This document shows, in pieces, positions 1 to 9,341 of a DNA stretch of 64,000 nt (positions are counted from its first letter, which is position 1; each line of letters begins with the position of its first letter). The position numbers and the translations under genes were made by a program. Source of the stretch: Longimicrobiales bacterium (lineage in GTDB: Bacteria > Gemmatimonadota > Gemmatimonadetes > Longimicrobiales > Gaopeijiaceae); contig OZ241869.1 of assembly GCA_965202805.1 (NCBI GenBank), positions 928,001 to 992,000 on the forward strand, in the 5' to 3' direction. The notes beneath the pieces are model-generated. The model had not been told where the DNA came from. It did no database searches and saw nothing but the letters and a program-made list of their open reading frames with translations.

Positions 1-121
1 TGTCCGAGTACTCGAAAAACGTACTCGTAGAACCTGACAGTATCACATGAAGGGGGACGCTCGTCAAACCCGGAGGCGGACCCCGCCAACGGCCAGGGAC
101 AGGCCGGCCGGCGGAGTGGTT

Positions 122-1540
122 TCAGTCCTGCGCCAACCCGTCCGGAAGCGCCGCGGAGATGCGCTCGAGCGTTTCATCGCGCCCGTAGACGCCCAGCACC
201 TGTCCCAGGTCCGGGCCGCTCTCCCTTCCGGTAACCGCCTTTCGGACCGGGTGGAACAGCGCGGGGCCGCGGGCGCCCGCCTCCCTGCCCGCAACGCGGA
301 TCGCCCGGCCGATGGCGGGGGCCTCCCAGTCGGGCAGGGCGGCAAGCCCATCGGCCACCGCGCGCAACACCGTGCTCGCGCCCGCGTCGCCCCGGAGAGC
401 CGCCTGGATGCGGTCCAGCTCCGGCCCGCGGGACACCAGGAACAGCGGGAGATGGTCGTTGATCTCGGCAAAGGTGGTCATGCGCCCGCGAATCACGTCA
501 ACGGCCCGGGAGAGATCGTAGCGGCCTGCGGGCACGCGTCCCGGATCGACGAACGGCTCGACCGCGCGCGCCAGCTCCGTGAGCGGCATGCGGGCGATGT
601 GCCTCCCCGACATCCAGCGCAGCTTGTCCGGGTCGTACACGGTGTTGCTGGTGCCGATGCGCTCGAGTCCCACCTCACGAACCAGTTCAGCGGGAGTGAG
701 GATCTCTTCCCCGCCCCGCGCGGACCATCCCAGCAGCGAGAGGTAGTTCACGACCGCGGAAGCCGGAAACCCCGCCTCCCGCAACAGAGCCAGCGAGGAC
801 GCGCCCTCGCGCTTTGACAGCTTGCGGCGGTCCATGCCCAGCACCATCGGGAGGTGGGCGAAGATCGGCCGCGGGGCACCCAGGGCGTCGAAGAGCACCG
901 CCTGTTTGGGCGTATTGGAAAGGTGGCCCACCCCGCGGATGACGTGCGTGATGCGCATGGCGATGTCGTCCACGACGACCGCGAAGTTGTAGGTCGGGCG
1001 CCCGTCCGCGCGCACGATCACGAAATCGCCGAACTCGTCCGGCGGAAAGGAGACCGTTCCGTAGACCTCGTCGCGCACCACGATCTCGCCGGGCGGGACG
1101 CGAAAGCGCGTCACCGGCCTCCGCCCCTCGCGCTCTCGCCGGACCCGTTCGTCCCGGGTCAGGGTCCGGCAGGTCCGGGGATAGCGGACGCCGGGCTCGG
1201 CCGCTCCTTCGGGATCGCAGTAGCAGCGGTAGGCCAAGCCCGCCTCCACGAGTCGCCGGGCGGCTGCGTCGTATTCTGGTTTGCGTTCGCTCTGCCGGTA
1301 CGGGCCATGCTCTCCGCCGATTTCCGGGCCTTCGTCCCATGGGGTTCCGAGCCAGCGCAGATCTTCGAGGATCGTATCGAGCGAACCCTCCACGTTGCGC
1401 TCGATGTCGGTGTCCTCGACGCGCAGGATGAAGGTCCCCTGGTGGTGGCGCGCGAACGCCCAGTTGAAGATTGCCACGCGCGCGTTTCCCGCGTGCAGGC
1501 GGCCCGTGGGACTGGGGGCGAAGCGGGTGCGAACGGTCAT
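122..1540 (-). CDS. gltX: Glutamate--tRNA ligase
   Basis: N-terminal RTRFAPSPTG, HIGH-like HAGN, LRVEDTD, KMSKS-like KLSKR and a C-terminal anticodon domain (RKAVTGRESGPDL). Alternative in-frame ATG at 1576 overlaps the uvrC stop. Confidence 0.95.
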   Translation of the reverse strand: MTVRTRFAPSPTGRLHAGNARVAIFNWAFARHHQGTFILRVEDTDIERNVEGSLDTILEDLRWLGTPWDEGPEIGGEHGPYRQSERKPEYDAAARRLVEAGLAYRCYCDPEGAAEPGVRYPRTCRTLTRDERVRREREGRRPVTRFRVPPGEIVVRDEVYGTVSFPPDEFGDFVIVRADGRPTYNFAVVVDDIAMRITHVIRGVGHLSNTPKQAVLFDALGAPRPIFAHLPMVLGMDRRKLSKREGASSLALLREAGFPASAVVNYLSLLGWSARGGEEILTPAELVREVGLERIGTSNTVYDPDKLRWMSGRHIARMPLTELARAVEPFVDPGRVPAGRYDLSRAVDVIRGRMTTFAEINDHLPLFLVSRGPELDRIQAALRGDAGASTVLRAVADGLAALPDWEAPAIGRAIRVAGREAGARGPALFHPVRKAVTGRESGPDLGQVLGVYGRDETLERISAALPDGLAQD

Positions 1541-1572
1541 TCCGGACTGGTCCTCTGTTGGCTTGGACAAGG

Positions 1573-3399
1573 TCATTTGCCCAGGTAGGTCTGCACCCGC
1601 GTGGCGAGCACGTCGCTGAAGCCGGGCAACCGCGCGATCTCGGCTCGGCTGGCGGAACGCACGCCGCGCACCGACCCGAAGCGGGCCAGCAGCGCCTGCC
1701 GCCGCTTGTCGCCGATGCCCGGGATCCGGTCGAGTTCGCTCGTGAGCGTGCGCTTTCGCCTGAGCGTACGTGTATACGATACCGCGAAGCGGTGGGCCTC
1801 GTCGCGCATGCGCTGCAGGAGATGGAGGGCGCGGTCCGCACGCCCCATGCGCACCGGCCGGCGCCTGCCGGGCAGGAACACTTCCTCCTCCCGCTTCGCG
1901 AGCGACGCCACTGCCGTCTCGCGCAGCCCCGCCGAGCCGAGGGCCTGGAGCGCGGCGGAGAGCTGGCCCTTGCCGCCATCCACCAGCACGAGATCCGGGA
2001 CCGGGGTCTCTTCCTTCACAAGCCGTTGCGCATAACGCGAGACGGCTTCGCCCATCGAGCGGAAGTCGTCGTTGCCCCAACCGCCCCGGATGCGCATGCG
2101 CCGATACCCCGCCTTCCGCGGTTCGCCGTTGCGGAAGACCACGACGCTCGCCACGACCTCCGCTCCCTGGGTGTGAGAAACGTCGAAGCACGCCATCATC
2201 CGCGGAACCACCTTGAGCCCGAGCCGCTTCTGAAGATCGTAGAGCACCTCGTCGGCGCGGTCGGCGGCATACTCGAGCGCGGTGACGCGGTCCTCCATGG
2301 TGTGGCGCGCGTTGGCGCCGGCCAGCTCGATGAGCCGCACCTTGTCGCCCCGCTGAGGCCGGTGGAACACGACCTTGCGTCCGGCTGCGCGGCTGAGAAT
2401 CCCCTCGAGCAGGGCGCGATCCTCGAACTCGGCGGGGATGAGCACCTCCCTGGGGAGTTCGGCCTGCCCCTCCCGTCCCGAGCCGAGGTAGAACCGGGAA
2501 GCCACGGCGCTTAGGAGCGCGCCATCGTCTTCGTCGGACAGCCCCGAGAGCCGCCGGGTCTGGCGGCCCAGCAGGAGCCCGCCCCGGATGCGCAGGATCA
2601 CTGCGGTGCCGAGTTCACCGTCCCGGGCCAGCCCGATCACGTCCTGGTCGCCACCTCCCAGGCGAAAGGCACGCTGGTGGCGGCTCAGCGCATCCAGCCC
2701 CTGAAGCACGTTCCGGTGTTTCGCCGCGGCCTCGAAGTCCAGCGCCTCGGCGGCACGCAGCATGCGCGCCTCCACCCGTGTTCGCACGGCCTCGGTATCG
2801 CCCCCCAGCACGCGCAGTATCTCGTCGATCATCCCGCGGTAGGCCTGCGGGCTCTGCAGGCCCACGCAAGGCGCCTGGCAACGCCCGATGTGGTAGTCCA
2901 GACACGGACGCGCCGGAGCTTCCTTGGGAAGCCGATACCGGCACGAGCGTACGGTGTAGAGCCGCTTCACGACTTCGAGCGACTGGCGCATCAGCCCCAC
3001 GGAAGTATAGGGCCCGAAGTAGCGCGATCCGTCCTGGCGCAGCCGCCGGGTCACGAAGACGCGCGGAAAAGGCTCGGCCACGGTGACCTTGATGTGCGGA
3101 TAGCTCTTGTCGTCGCGCAGCTGAATGTTGAAGCGCGGGCGGTATTCCTTGATGAGGTTCGCCTCCAGGATGAGCGCCTCGGCGCCCGAACCCACCACGA
3201 TGGTCTCCACGGCCGCGGTGCGGCGGGCCAGCTCGCGTGTTCTGAGCGACCGGGCGCGGTCGGGCCGAAAATAGCTGCGCACGCGCGTACGCAGGGAGTT
3301 GGCCTTGCCGATGTAGAGCATCTCCCCGTCGCCATCCTTCAGCATGTACACCCCCGGGAGGACCGGGAGGTGGTCAAGATCCCGGGGTGCGATCGTCAT
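1573..3399 (-). CDS. uvrC: Excinuclease ABC subunit C
   Basis: GIY-YIG start (PGVYMLKD..LYIGKA), Cys cluster, UVR domain, RNase H-like DGGKGQ, HhH (IPGIG). ATGA overlap with the murJ stop. Confidence 0.96.
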   Translation of the reverse strand: MTIAPRDLDHLPVLPGVYMLKDGDGEMLYIGKANSLRTRVRSYFRPDRARSLRTRELARRTAAVETIVVGSGAEALILEANLIKEYRPRFNIQLRDDKSYPHIKVTVAEPFPRVFVTRRLRQDGSRYFGPYTSVGLMRQSLEVVKRLYTVRSCRYRLPKEAPARPCLDYHIGRCQAPCVGLQSPQAYRGMIDEILRVLGGDTEAVRTRVEARMLRAAEALDFEAAAKHRNVLQGLDALSRHQRAFRLGGGDQDVIGLARDGELGTAVILRIRGGLLLGRQTRRLSGLSDEDDGALLSAVASRFYLGSGREGQAELPREVLIPAEFEDRALLEGILSRAAGRKVVFHRPQRGDKVRLIELAGANARHTMEDRVTALEYAADRADEVLYDLQKRLGLKVVPRMMACFDVSHTQGAEVVASVVVFRNGEPRKAGYRRMRIRGGWGNDDFRSMGEAVSRYAQRLVKEETPVPDLVLVDGGKGQLSAALQALGSAGLRETAVASLAKREEEVFLPGRRRPVRMGRADRALHLLQRMRDEAHRFAVSYTRTLRRKRTLTSELDRIPGIGDKRRQALLARFGSVRGVRSASRAEIARLPGFSDVLATRVQTYLGK

Positions 3400-4964
3400 C
3401 CGCCCCCTCCCAGACGAAGCCCGAGCAGGTGGGTGGACGCAAGATACGCGCCCCCGAAAGGAAGGAGCGTGCCCGCAGCCGCGAGAACGGGATGGAGGTC
3501 TCCGAAGAGCAGCTCTCCCCCATACCCGGCGGCGACTGCGAGCAGCCCCGCCGCGAGCAGACGGGGCAGCCGCCCGCGCGCCATTCCGTGCGGTCCCAGC
3601 GCGCGCCGGAGCTTTCTGCGCAGCAGCCCGTACTCCAGCCACGCTGCGAGCGAAGTGCCCAGACCGAGCCCCACCGCGCCAAGGCGCAGGGGGCCCACCT
3701 CGAAGGCGTCGAGCGGAAACATGAGCGCTCCCCCGACCAGCAGCGATACCGCTACGCGGAGTCCGGCCACCCGGGCCGGCGCGCGCGTGTCGCGCACAGC
3801 GAAAAACGCCGAGGAGAGCATGCGCGAGCTGGCCGAGGCGAACATTCCGGCGCTGTAGGCGGCCAGCACGGCATAGGTGGCCATGGTGTCCACCCGGCCG
3901 AACTCGCCGCGCTGGTAGATCGCCGCCGTGATGACGTCTCCGAAGAGCAGGCAGGCCAACGCGGACGGAATCACGAAGTACGCCACCCGCTCCAGGGCAT
4001 CGGACACCTGTGCGGCCAGCACCTCCCGCGCCTGCTCGCGCTGACGGGAGAGTTCCGGCAGCTCGGCGGCCGCTACCGCAAGACCGAAGAGAGAGATGGG
4101 CAGAAGGTACAGTGCCTGCGCGTAGCCCATGATCGCGACGGCCCCCGCGGTGAGGAAACTGGCCAGCTGGAGCTCCACCAGCGCGCTCAGATTGACCACC
4201 CCCCGCGCCGACACGACCGGAACGAAGTTGCGGATCGCCTCGCGGACGCCGGGCACTTCCAGATCGAGGGAGGGCCGGAAGTGTCGAAGCCTTCCCGCGA
4301 GAAACGGAAGCTGAACGCCGAACTGCAGTGCACCTCCGGCAAGGGCGCCCCACCCCAGCGCCACGATCAGATCGTCCCCTTCGAAGGCCAGGATCCAGCC
4401 GAGCGCGACCATCGTGGCGATCATGGCCGCGTTCCAGAGCACGGGAGCCACGTAGGACACGAAGAACCGTCGATGGCTGTTCAGGATGCCGAGCGCCCAG
4501 GCGGAGAGCACCAGCACACCGGTCATGGGAAAGAGGATCCGCACCAGCCGTACCGTGAGTTCCCGGGTCTGTCCGTCGAAGCCCGGCGCGAACACCGTGA
4601 CCACCAGCGGCGCCAGAGCAGCTCCGAGCAGGGCGAGCAGCCCCGCCACCGCGGTCAGAATCCCGAAGGCCGCCCCGGCGAATCGTCCCGCGCGCTCGAG
4701 TTCCCCGCGCTCCAGCATCTCCGCGTAGATGGGGACGAAGGATGCGCTCAGCGTGCCCTCGCCGAGCAGGTTCTGCAGCACGTTGGGAATGCGGAGCGCC
4801 GCCCTCCATGCCTCCGCGAAGACGCTGTTGCCGAAGAAGAAGGCGAACAGGACATCGCGGCCGAGCCCGGCCACCCGGCTCGCCAGGATGCCCGCCGCCA
4901 CCCAGGCTGCGGAGCGGCGTCCGTCTCTCCCGGCTGACTTTCCCGACTCAGCGTTCCTGGTCAC
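3396..4964 (-). CDS. murJ: Lipid II flippase MurJ (MviN)
   Basis: SRVAGLGRD, RIPNVLQNLLGEGTLSASFVP and RDTRAP motifs, many TM helices. GTG start at 4964 is inferred. Confidence 0.92.
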   Translation of the reverse strand: MTRNAESGKSAGRDGRRSAAWVAAGILASRVAGLGRDVLFAFFFGNSVFAEAWRAALRIPNVLQNLLGEGTLSASFVPIYAEMLERGELERAGRFAGAAFGILTAVAGLLALLGAALAPLVVTVFAPGFDGQTRELTVRLVRILFPMTGVLVLSAWALGILNSHRRFFVSYVAPVLWNAAMIATMVALGWILAFEGDDLIVALGWGALAGGALQFGVQLPFLAGRLRHFRPSLDLEVPGVREAIRNFVPVVSARGVVNLSALVELQLASFLTAGAVAIMGYAQALYLLPISLFGLAVAAAELPELSRQREQAREVLAAQVSDALERVAYFVIPSALACLLFGDVITAAIYQRGEFGRVDTMATYAVLAAYSAGMFASASSRMLSSAFFAVRDTRAPARVAGLRVAVSLLVGGALMFPLDAFEVGPLRLGAVGLGLGTSLAAWLEYGLLRRKLRRALGPHGMARGRLPRLLAAGLLAVAAGYGGELLFGDLHPVLAAAGTLLPFGGAYLASTHLLGLRLGGGG

Positions 4965-5223
4965 CGGAGGGAAGATCCCTGTCCGGAGTTCGCTCGGTGA
5001 GAAGCCGGTGGAGGAACCTGCTCTCCTCCGACAGCCTGTCGACCTCCGAACTGAGCCGCTCGGTCTCGCTCTCCAGGAGGGCCATGCGCTCGTCGGCAAT
5101 GCGGTCCCCGTCCCCGAGCCCGCGGCGTTCCAGACGCGTCGCGAGCGCCTTGCCGACCTGGGAGTCCAGTACGATGGAGAGGATCGGGATCAGCAGGACG
5201 AGAACGACTAACCAGAGCAACAT
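4948..5223 (-). CDS. Hypothetical membrane-anchored coiled-coil protein
   Basis: N-terminal hydrophobic helix followed by a heptad-rich segment (LESETERLSSEVDRLSEE). Packs into the operon. Confidence 0.7.
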   Translation of the reverse strand: MLLWLVVLVLLIPILSIVLDSQVGKALATRLERRGLGDGDRIADERMALLESETERLSSEVDRLSEESRFLHRLLTERTPDRDLPSGDQER

Positions 5224-5272
5224 GGTCCGAAACTAGGTTTGGGGAAGCGCGCCTGACAACGATTCGCCGCCT

Positions 5273-6916
5273 TCAGCCCCGGAACGACCCGACGCCCGCG
5301 ATGTGCGCGGCACGGGATCCGTCAGGGGCCAGCCGGACGGAGAAACGATCGTGAAGCGCGTGCAGGAATTCGCGTCCGTAGCGCATCAGGTAGTAACAGG
5401 CATTCAGCGATCGTTCCTGCGGGCCTCCCAGGGGATACAGGTGCACCTGAGCCTTCTCGAGCTGGCGGAGCCTGGTCTGCTTCTCCCGCTTCAGGCTGTG
5501 GATGATCTTCCTCTGCATCTGCTCGATCGCATCGAAGGCGACGGTGCGCACGTGCTTCGCGGGACCCTTCAGGGTGGGATCCAGCGTGGCGGCCGCGCGA
5601 CTCAACTCTTCCACGCCCCTGCCGATACCCCCGCGCAAGTCCGCAAGTGCCTGGCGGACGCTGTCCGGGACATCCTCCTGCACCACACGTCCGGCGAGTT
5701 CACCGAAGGGTCGGGCGAGGTCCTGGAGGGACAGGTCCAGCTTGTCGAGCACCTTGCGAATCTTGGGTTCGATCACCGTAACCGAGAACCGGGGATGCAC
5801 CACCGGCATCCGGATCCCGCAGAGCTCGAACAGATCCCGGAGCTGTGCGAAATAGGCGATCTCTCCCGGTCCGGCGACGTAGGACAGCACCGGGAAGACC
5901 GCGCCCTCGACCACGGGGCGAAGCAGGACGTTGGGGCTCAGCACCCGCGGGTCGGCATCCGATTCGGCGAGGATCCGGCGGCGGGTCAGGAGTTCGCCCG
6001 AGTGCCTGAGCCGGAAGTCGCTCCCGCTGCGGTAGACGCGCTCCCGTCCCGAGCCTCCCTCGAAGAAGAGATTGACGCCGCCGGCGAGAATGGGGACCTG
6101 TACGTGATACCCGGCTTCCCGCAGCTGCTCCGCGGTTCTGCCCAGCAGCGCCTCCTGCTCGACCGCACCGTCCAGCACCGCGGTGAACTGCGTCCGCGAG
6201 GCACGCTTGAGCGGGAGCGAAGAGGCGTCGACGAATGCCATCCCCAGCGGCCCCAGCCAATCGGCGAGCACCTGGGTGAAGGCCTCGCCCAGCGAGTTCC
6301 CGGGCGCGTACGCGGACCGCAGGCCCCGTGCGCACGCCGGCTTGAAGTCGTTGTCCGGAAAAAAGGAAAGAAACTCGTCCAGCACCGGGATGATGGCTTC
6401 GTCCATGGCCACCCGGTGTACCGGGCGGTCTCCACCCTCCGGAGCGTTGTCGAGTTCAACGTGCTGCAGCTCGTTGGCGACGCTGACGGTGTAGGTGTGG
6501 TCCACCTCCCTCCAGTCGTGATCTTCGGACGCCACCCAGAAGAGGGGAATCACCGGCTTTCCAAGCAGTTCCTCCAGGGCGTCCGCCAGCCGAACCGCGG
6601 TGAGCGCCTTGTAGACGCTGTACAGCGGCCCGGTGAAGAGGCCGGGCTGCTGGCCGGTGGTCACGAAGAATCCGTCCTCCTCGACCAGGCGGTCCAGCCG
6701 CGCCCGCACCGCCGGCGTGGGGGCTTGGACGCACTCCACGGCGCGGGCGCGGGCGGCGCGGTCGAAGCGCGCTGTCACCGCCTCCGCCGCGGCCGCGTAG
6801 CTGGCCGCGAGCGTGGGGTCGCCCTGGAAGAAGGCAAGGGCGGAGGGGCGCCGGGCCAGATAGTCGGCCACCAGGCGGGAGCCGGAGGGGTGGCCGACGA
6901 GCAGCTCCAGGTTCAC
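5273..6916 (-). CDS. bshC: Bacillithiol biosynthesis cysteine-adding enzyme BshC
   Basis: VTTGQQPGLFTGPLYSVYK, FWVASEDHDW, SPNVLLRP, YVAGPGEIAYFAQL and PQER motifs. GGAGG SD; GTGA overlap with lpxK. Confidence 0.92.
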   Translation of the reverse strand: MNLELLVGHPSGSRLVADYLARRPSALAFFQGDPTLAASYAAAAEAVTARFDRAARARAVECVQAPTPAVRARLDRLVEEDGFFVTTGQQPGLFTGPLYSVYKALTAVRLADALEELLGKPVIPLFWVASEDHDWREVDHTYTVSVANELQHVELDNAPEGGDRPVHRVAMDEAIIPVLDEFLSFFPDNDFKPACARGLRSAYAPGNSLGEAFTQVLADWLGPLGMAFVDASSLPLKRASRTQFTAVLDGAVEQEALLGRTAEQLREAGYHVQVPILAGGVNLFFEGGSGRERVYRSGSDFRLRHSGELLTRRRILAESDADPRVLSPNVLLRPVVEGAVFPVLSYVAGPGEIAYFAQLRDLFELCGIRMPVVHPRFSVTVIEPKIRKVLDKLDLSLQDLARPFGELAGRVVQEDVPDSVRQALADLRGGIGRGVEELSRAAATLDPTLKGPAKHVRTVAFDAIEQMQRKIIHSLKREKQTRLRQLEKAQVHLYPLGGPQERSLNACYYLMRYGREFLHALHDRFSVRLAPDGSRAAHIAGVGSFRG

Positions 6917-8064
6917 CGGGCGATACCTCCGGCCAGGCCGGGCGGGGAATGCCCGCGGCGGGCACCGGGTTCACGCGTGGCGGAGTTGCCGCCGTCTCCG
7001 GGGCGATCGGCAACCGGCCGCCCACCCGGCGACGCCGTTCGCGGCTTCATCATGCCGGCTATCCCCGGCAGCTCGCCGAGTGCGTCTTCCAGCCACCGCC
7101 CGCCTCTCTCGACCACGACCTTCAGGTGCAGGACGCGCACGTCCACCCCGTGCTCGCCCAGCTGCTGCAGCTTTACCGCATCCTTGGCGGTGGTCACTAC
7201 CTGGCGCCCGCGCGCTCGGCGCCCGATGGCGGCGATGTCCGCCGCCGAGTAGTGGTGGTGGTCACTGAAGATCATCGACTCCATGTCCATCCCGGGGATC
7301 TGCCGCTGCAGCAAGCCGTGAAACTCCCACGGGCGGGCAATGCCTGACAAGAGCAGCGCCGAGCCCGTCGGGGCGGACGCGGGCGTACCCGCGAGATCGC
7401 TCCATTGCGAGAACTCCAGGCTCACAAGGGCACAGCACAGTCCGTGGGCCGCCTCGAGCGCCCGGGCTCGACGACGGGCTGCGCGAAAACTAGCGATTCG
7501 GCGCGTTACGATCACACCCCCGGCGCGCGACAGGGCGCTCTCGGGCTCGCGGTATGGGCCCCGGGGCAGGAGTCGCACCGGAGTCGGGTGCTCCGCCGCC
7601 ACCAGCACCAGGTCCAGGTCGCGCGCCAGGGCCCGGTGCTGGAAGCCATCGTCCAGGATCACCACCTGCGCGCCGCCCTCAACGACGGCGGCCGCCGCGC
7701 GCACCCGATGGCCGTCGGCGGCGACCGGCGCCCCGGGATTCCATTGCCGGTGCAGCAACACCTCGTCGAGACCGTAGCCGTTGGTCACGATGCCGGGCGT
7801 CACGCCCCGGCCCAGGAACCAGGCGGCGAACCAGGCGGCCATGGGTGTCTTGCCGCTCCCCCCCACCGCCAGGTTTCCGACCGACACCACCGGCACCTCA
7901 ACCGACCGGATCGGCAACCGTCCGGTGTCGTATCGGCGGTTGCGGACCGCGGCCCCCACGGCGAATGCGGTCTCCAGCGGCGCCAGGGCCAGCCCGGCCC
8001 CGGCCGCCGCCCGCGTAGACGCCCCCCACACCCACCCCAGTCCCGCTTCGACGGCCCGCCTCAT
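6913..8064 (-). CDS. lpxK: Tetraacyldisaccharide 4'-kinase
   Basis: SVGNLAVGGSGKTP, LDDGFQH, LLPRGPYREP, FSDHH and TTAKDAVK motifs. Carries a low-complexity C-terminal tail. Confidence 0.93.
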   Translation of the reverse strand: MRRAVEAGLGWVWGASTRAAAGAGLALAPLETAFAVGAAVRNRRYDTGRLPIRSVEVPVVSVGNLAVGGSGKTPMAAWFAAWFLGRGVTPGIVTNGYGLDEVLLHRQWNPGAPVAADGHRVRAAAAVVEGGAQVVILDDGFQHRALARDLDLVLVAAEHPTPVRLLPRGPYREPESALSRAGGVIVTRRIASFRAARRRARALEAAHGLCCALVSLEFSQWSDLAGTPASAPTGSALLLSGIARPWEFHGLLQRQIPGMDMESMIFSDHHHYSAADIAAIGRRARGRQVVTTAKDAVKLQQLGEHGVDVRVLHLKVVVERGGRWLEDALGELPGIAGMMKPRTASPGGRPVADRPGDGGNSATREPGARRGHSPPGLAGGIAR

Positions 8065-9203
8065 CCCGAAACCGCCTCCGGCGCCGGGAACAACAGGGAT
8101 TCCGCGATCCCGGCCACCCGCCGCGCCGCGCCCACCGAACCGAGCGCGCGACGGACTTCGTCCAGACCCGCAATCACGGCGCGTCGTTCGGCCGTGTCGT
8201 CAAGGAGCGGAAGCAGCGCGCGTTCGAGCCGCGCCGGGGTCGCCTCGTGCTGGATCAGCTCGGGCACCACCCGCCGGCCGGCGATGAGGTTGGCCATGGC
8301 GATGTGGTCCACGCGCACCAGGCGGCGTGCCAGGGCGTACGTGAGCGGGTGCGTCCGGTATGCGGTGGCGAAGGGCACGCCCGCGAGCGCGGCCTCCACG
8401 GTGGAAGTGCCCGACTTGACCAGCGCCGTGCGCGCATGGCGGAGCAGGCTCCGGCCGTCGTCGACCACGGTGGCGGCGACCCCGTCGAAGGCGCGGGGCG
8501 GCAGACCCGGCGCGCGCGCCACCGCGACCTGCAGCCCGGGGCGCGCGCGCTGCAGACGGCGGGCGGCGGACAGGAACACCTCCAGGTGGCGATCGAGTTC
8601 CTGACGCCTGGATCCGGGAAACAGCGCCAGCAGCGGCCGCGTGGCATCCAGGCCGTGTGCCCGGCAGTAGTCGACACGGGCCGGCACCTCCTGCTTCAGC
8701 TCGAGCAGCGGATGCCCCACGAACGTCGCGCGCGCGCCGGCCTTGCGCAGGAACCCGACCTCGAAGGGCAGAATCACGGCGACGTGATCGGTGTCGCGGG
8801 CCAGTCGCCGGGCGCGTGCGGGCCGCCACGCCCAGACCTGGGGAGCGATGTAATACAAGACCCGGATCCCGGCCGCGCGGGCGTACTTCGCGACACGCAG
8901 GTTGAATCCCGGGTAGTCGATCGGGATCACCAGGTCCACGCCGTGGCGGTGCATGGCGTCGCGCACCCGGCGCATGAGCCGGCGGAAGAAGTCGAGGTGC
9001 CGCGCGACTTCCGCGAAGCCCATGACCGCGAGCCGGTCGAGCCCCGCCATGCACTCGACCCCCTCGGCCGCCATGCGCTCGCCCCCCAGCCCGAGCAGCC
9101 GCGCGGACGGCCACTTCTCGAGCAGCGAGCGGGCGAGGGCGGCGCCGTGGAGGTCACCGGAGGGCTCCCCGGCGAGCATGAGGATCACCGGGTCGCGCGC
9201 CAT
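8061..9203 (-). CDS. lpxB: Lipid-A-disaccharide synthase
   Basis: AGEPSGDLHG, IDYPGFN, PQVWAWR, FPGSRRQE, SGTSTVE and PELIQ motifs. Confidence 0.96.
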   Translation of the reverse strand: MARDPVILMLAGEPSGDLHGAALARSLLEKWPSARLLGLGGERMAAEGVECMAGLDRLAVMGFAEVARHLDFFRRLMRRVRDAMHRHGVDLVIPIDYPGFNLRVAKYARAAGIRVLYYIAPQVWAWRPARARRLARDTDHVAVILPFEVGFLRKAGARATFVGHPLLELKQEVPARVDYCRAHGLDATRPLLALFPGSRRQELDRHLEVFLSAARRLQRARPGLQVAVARAPGLPPRAFDGVAATVVDDGRSLLRHARTALVKSGTSTVEAALAGVPFATAYRTHPLTYALARRLVRVDHIAMANLIAGRRVVPELIQHEATPARLERALLPLLDDTAERRAVIAGLDEVRRALGSVGAARRVAGIAESLLFPAPEAVSG

Positions 9204-9206
9204 CGG

Positions 9207-9341
9207 TCAGAACCGGAACCCCAGATACCAGATGACCAACAGCACCGCCACCAGCAGGGCGATGAGCCTGGTCGGGGGCTTGCCCCGCTTGGCGTCGATC
9301 CAGTCCTTCTTGCGGTTACGCCGTACGCGAATGAGCGACAT
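9207..9341 (-). CDS. Small (44 aa) basic protein with a C-terminal TM helix
   Basis: MSLIRVRRNRKKDWIDAKRGKPPTRLIALLVAVLLVIWYLGFRF. AGAGGA upstream; fills the gap before lpxB. Confidence 0.55.
   Translation of the reverse strand: MSLIRVRRNRKKDWIDAKRGKPPTRLIALLVAVLLVIWYLGFRF

Noticed and set aside
35..67. Possible minus-strand promoter (TTGACG-N18-TACTGT)
   Set aside because: Weak -10 element, and the target gene lies outside the window, so it cannot be supported.
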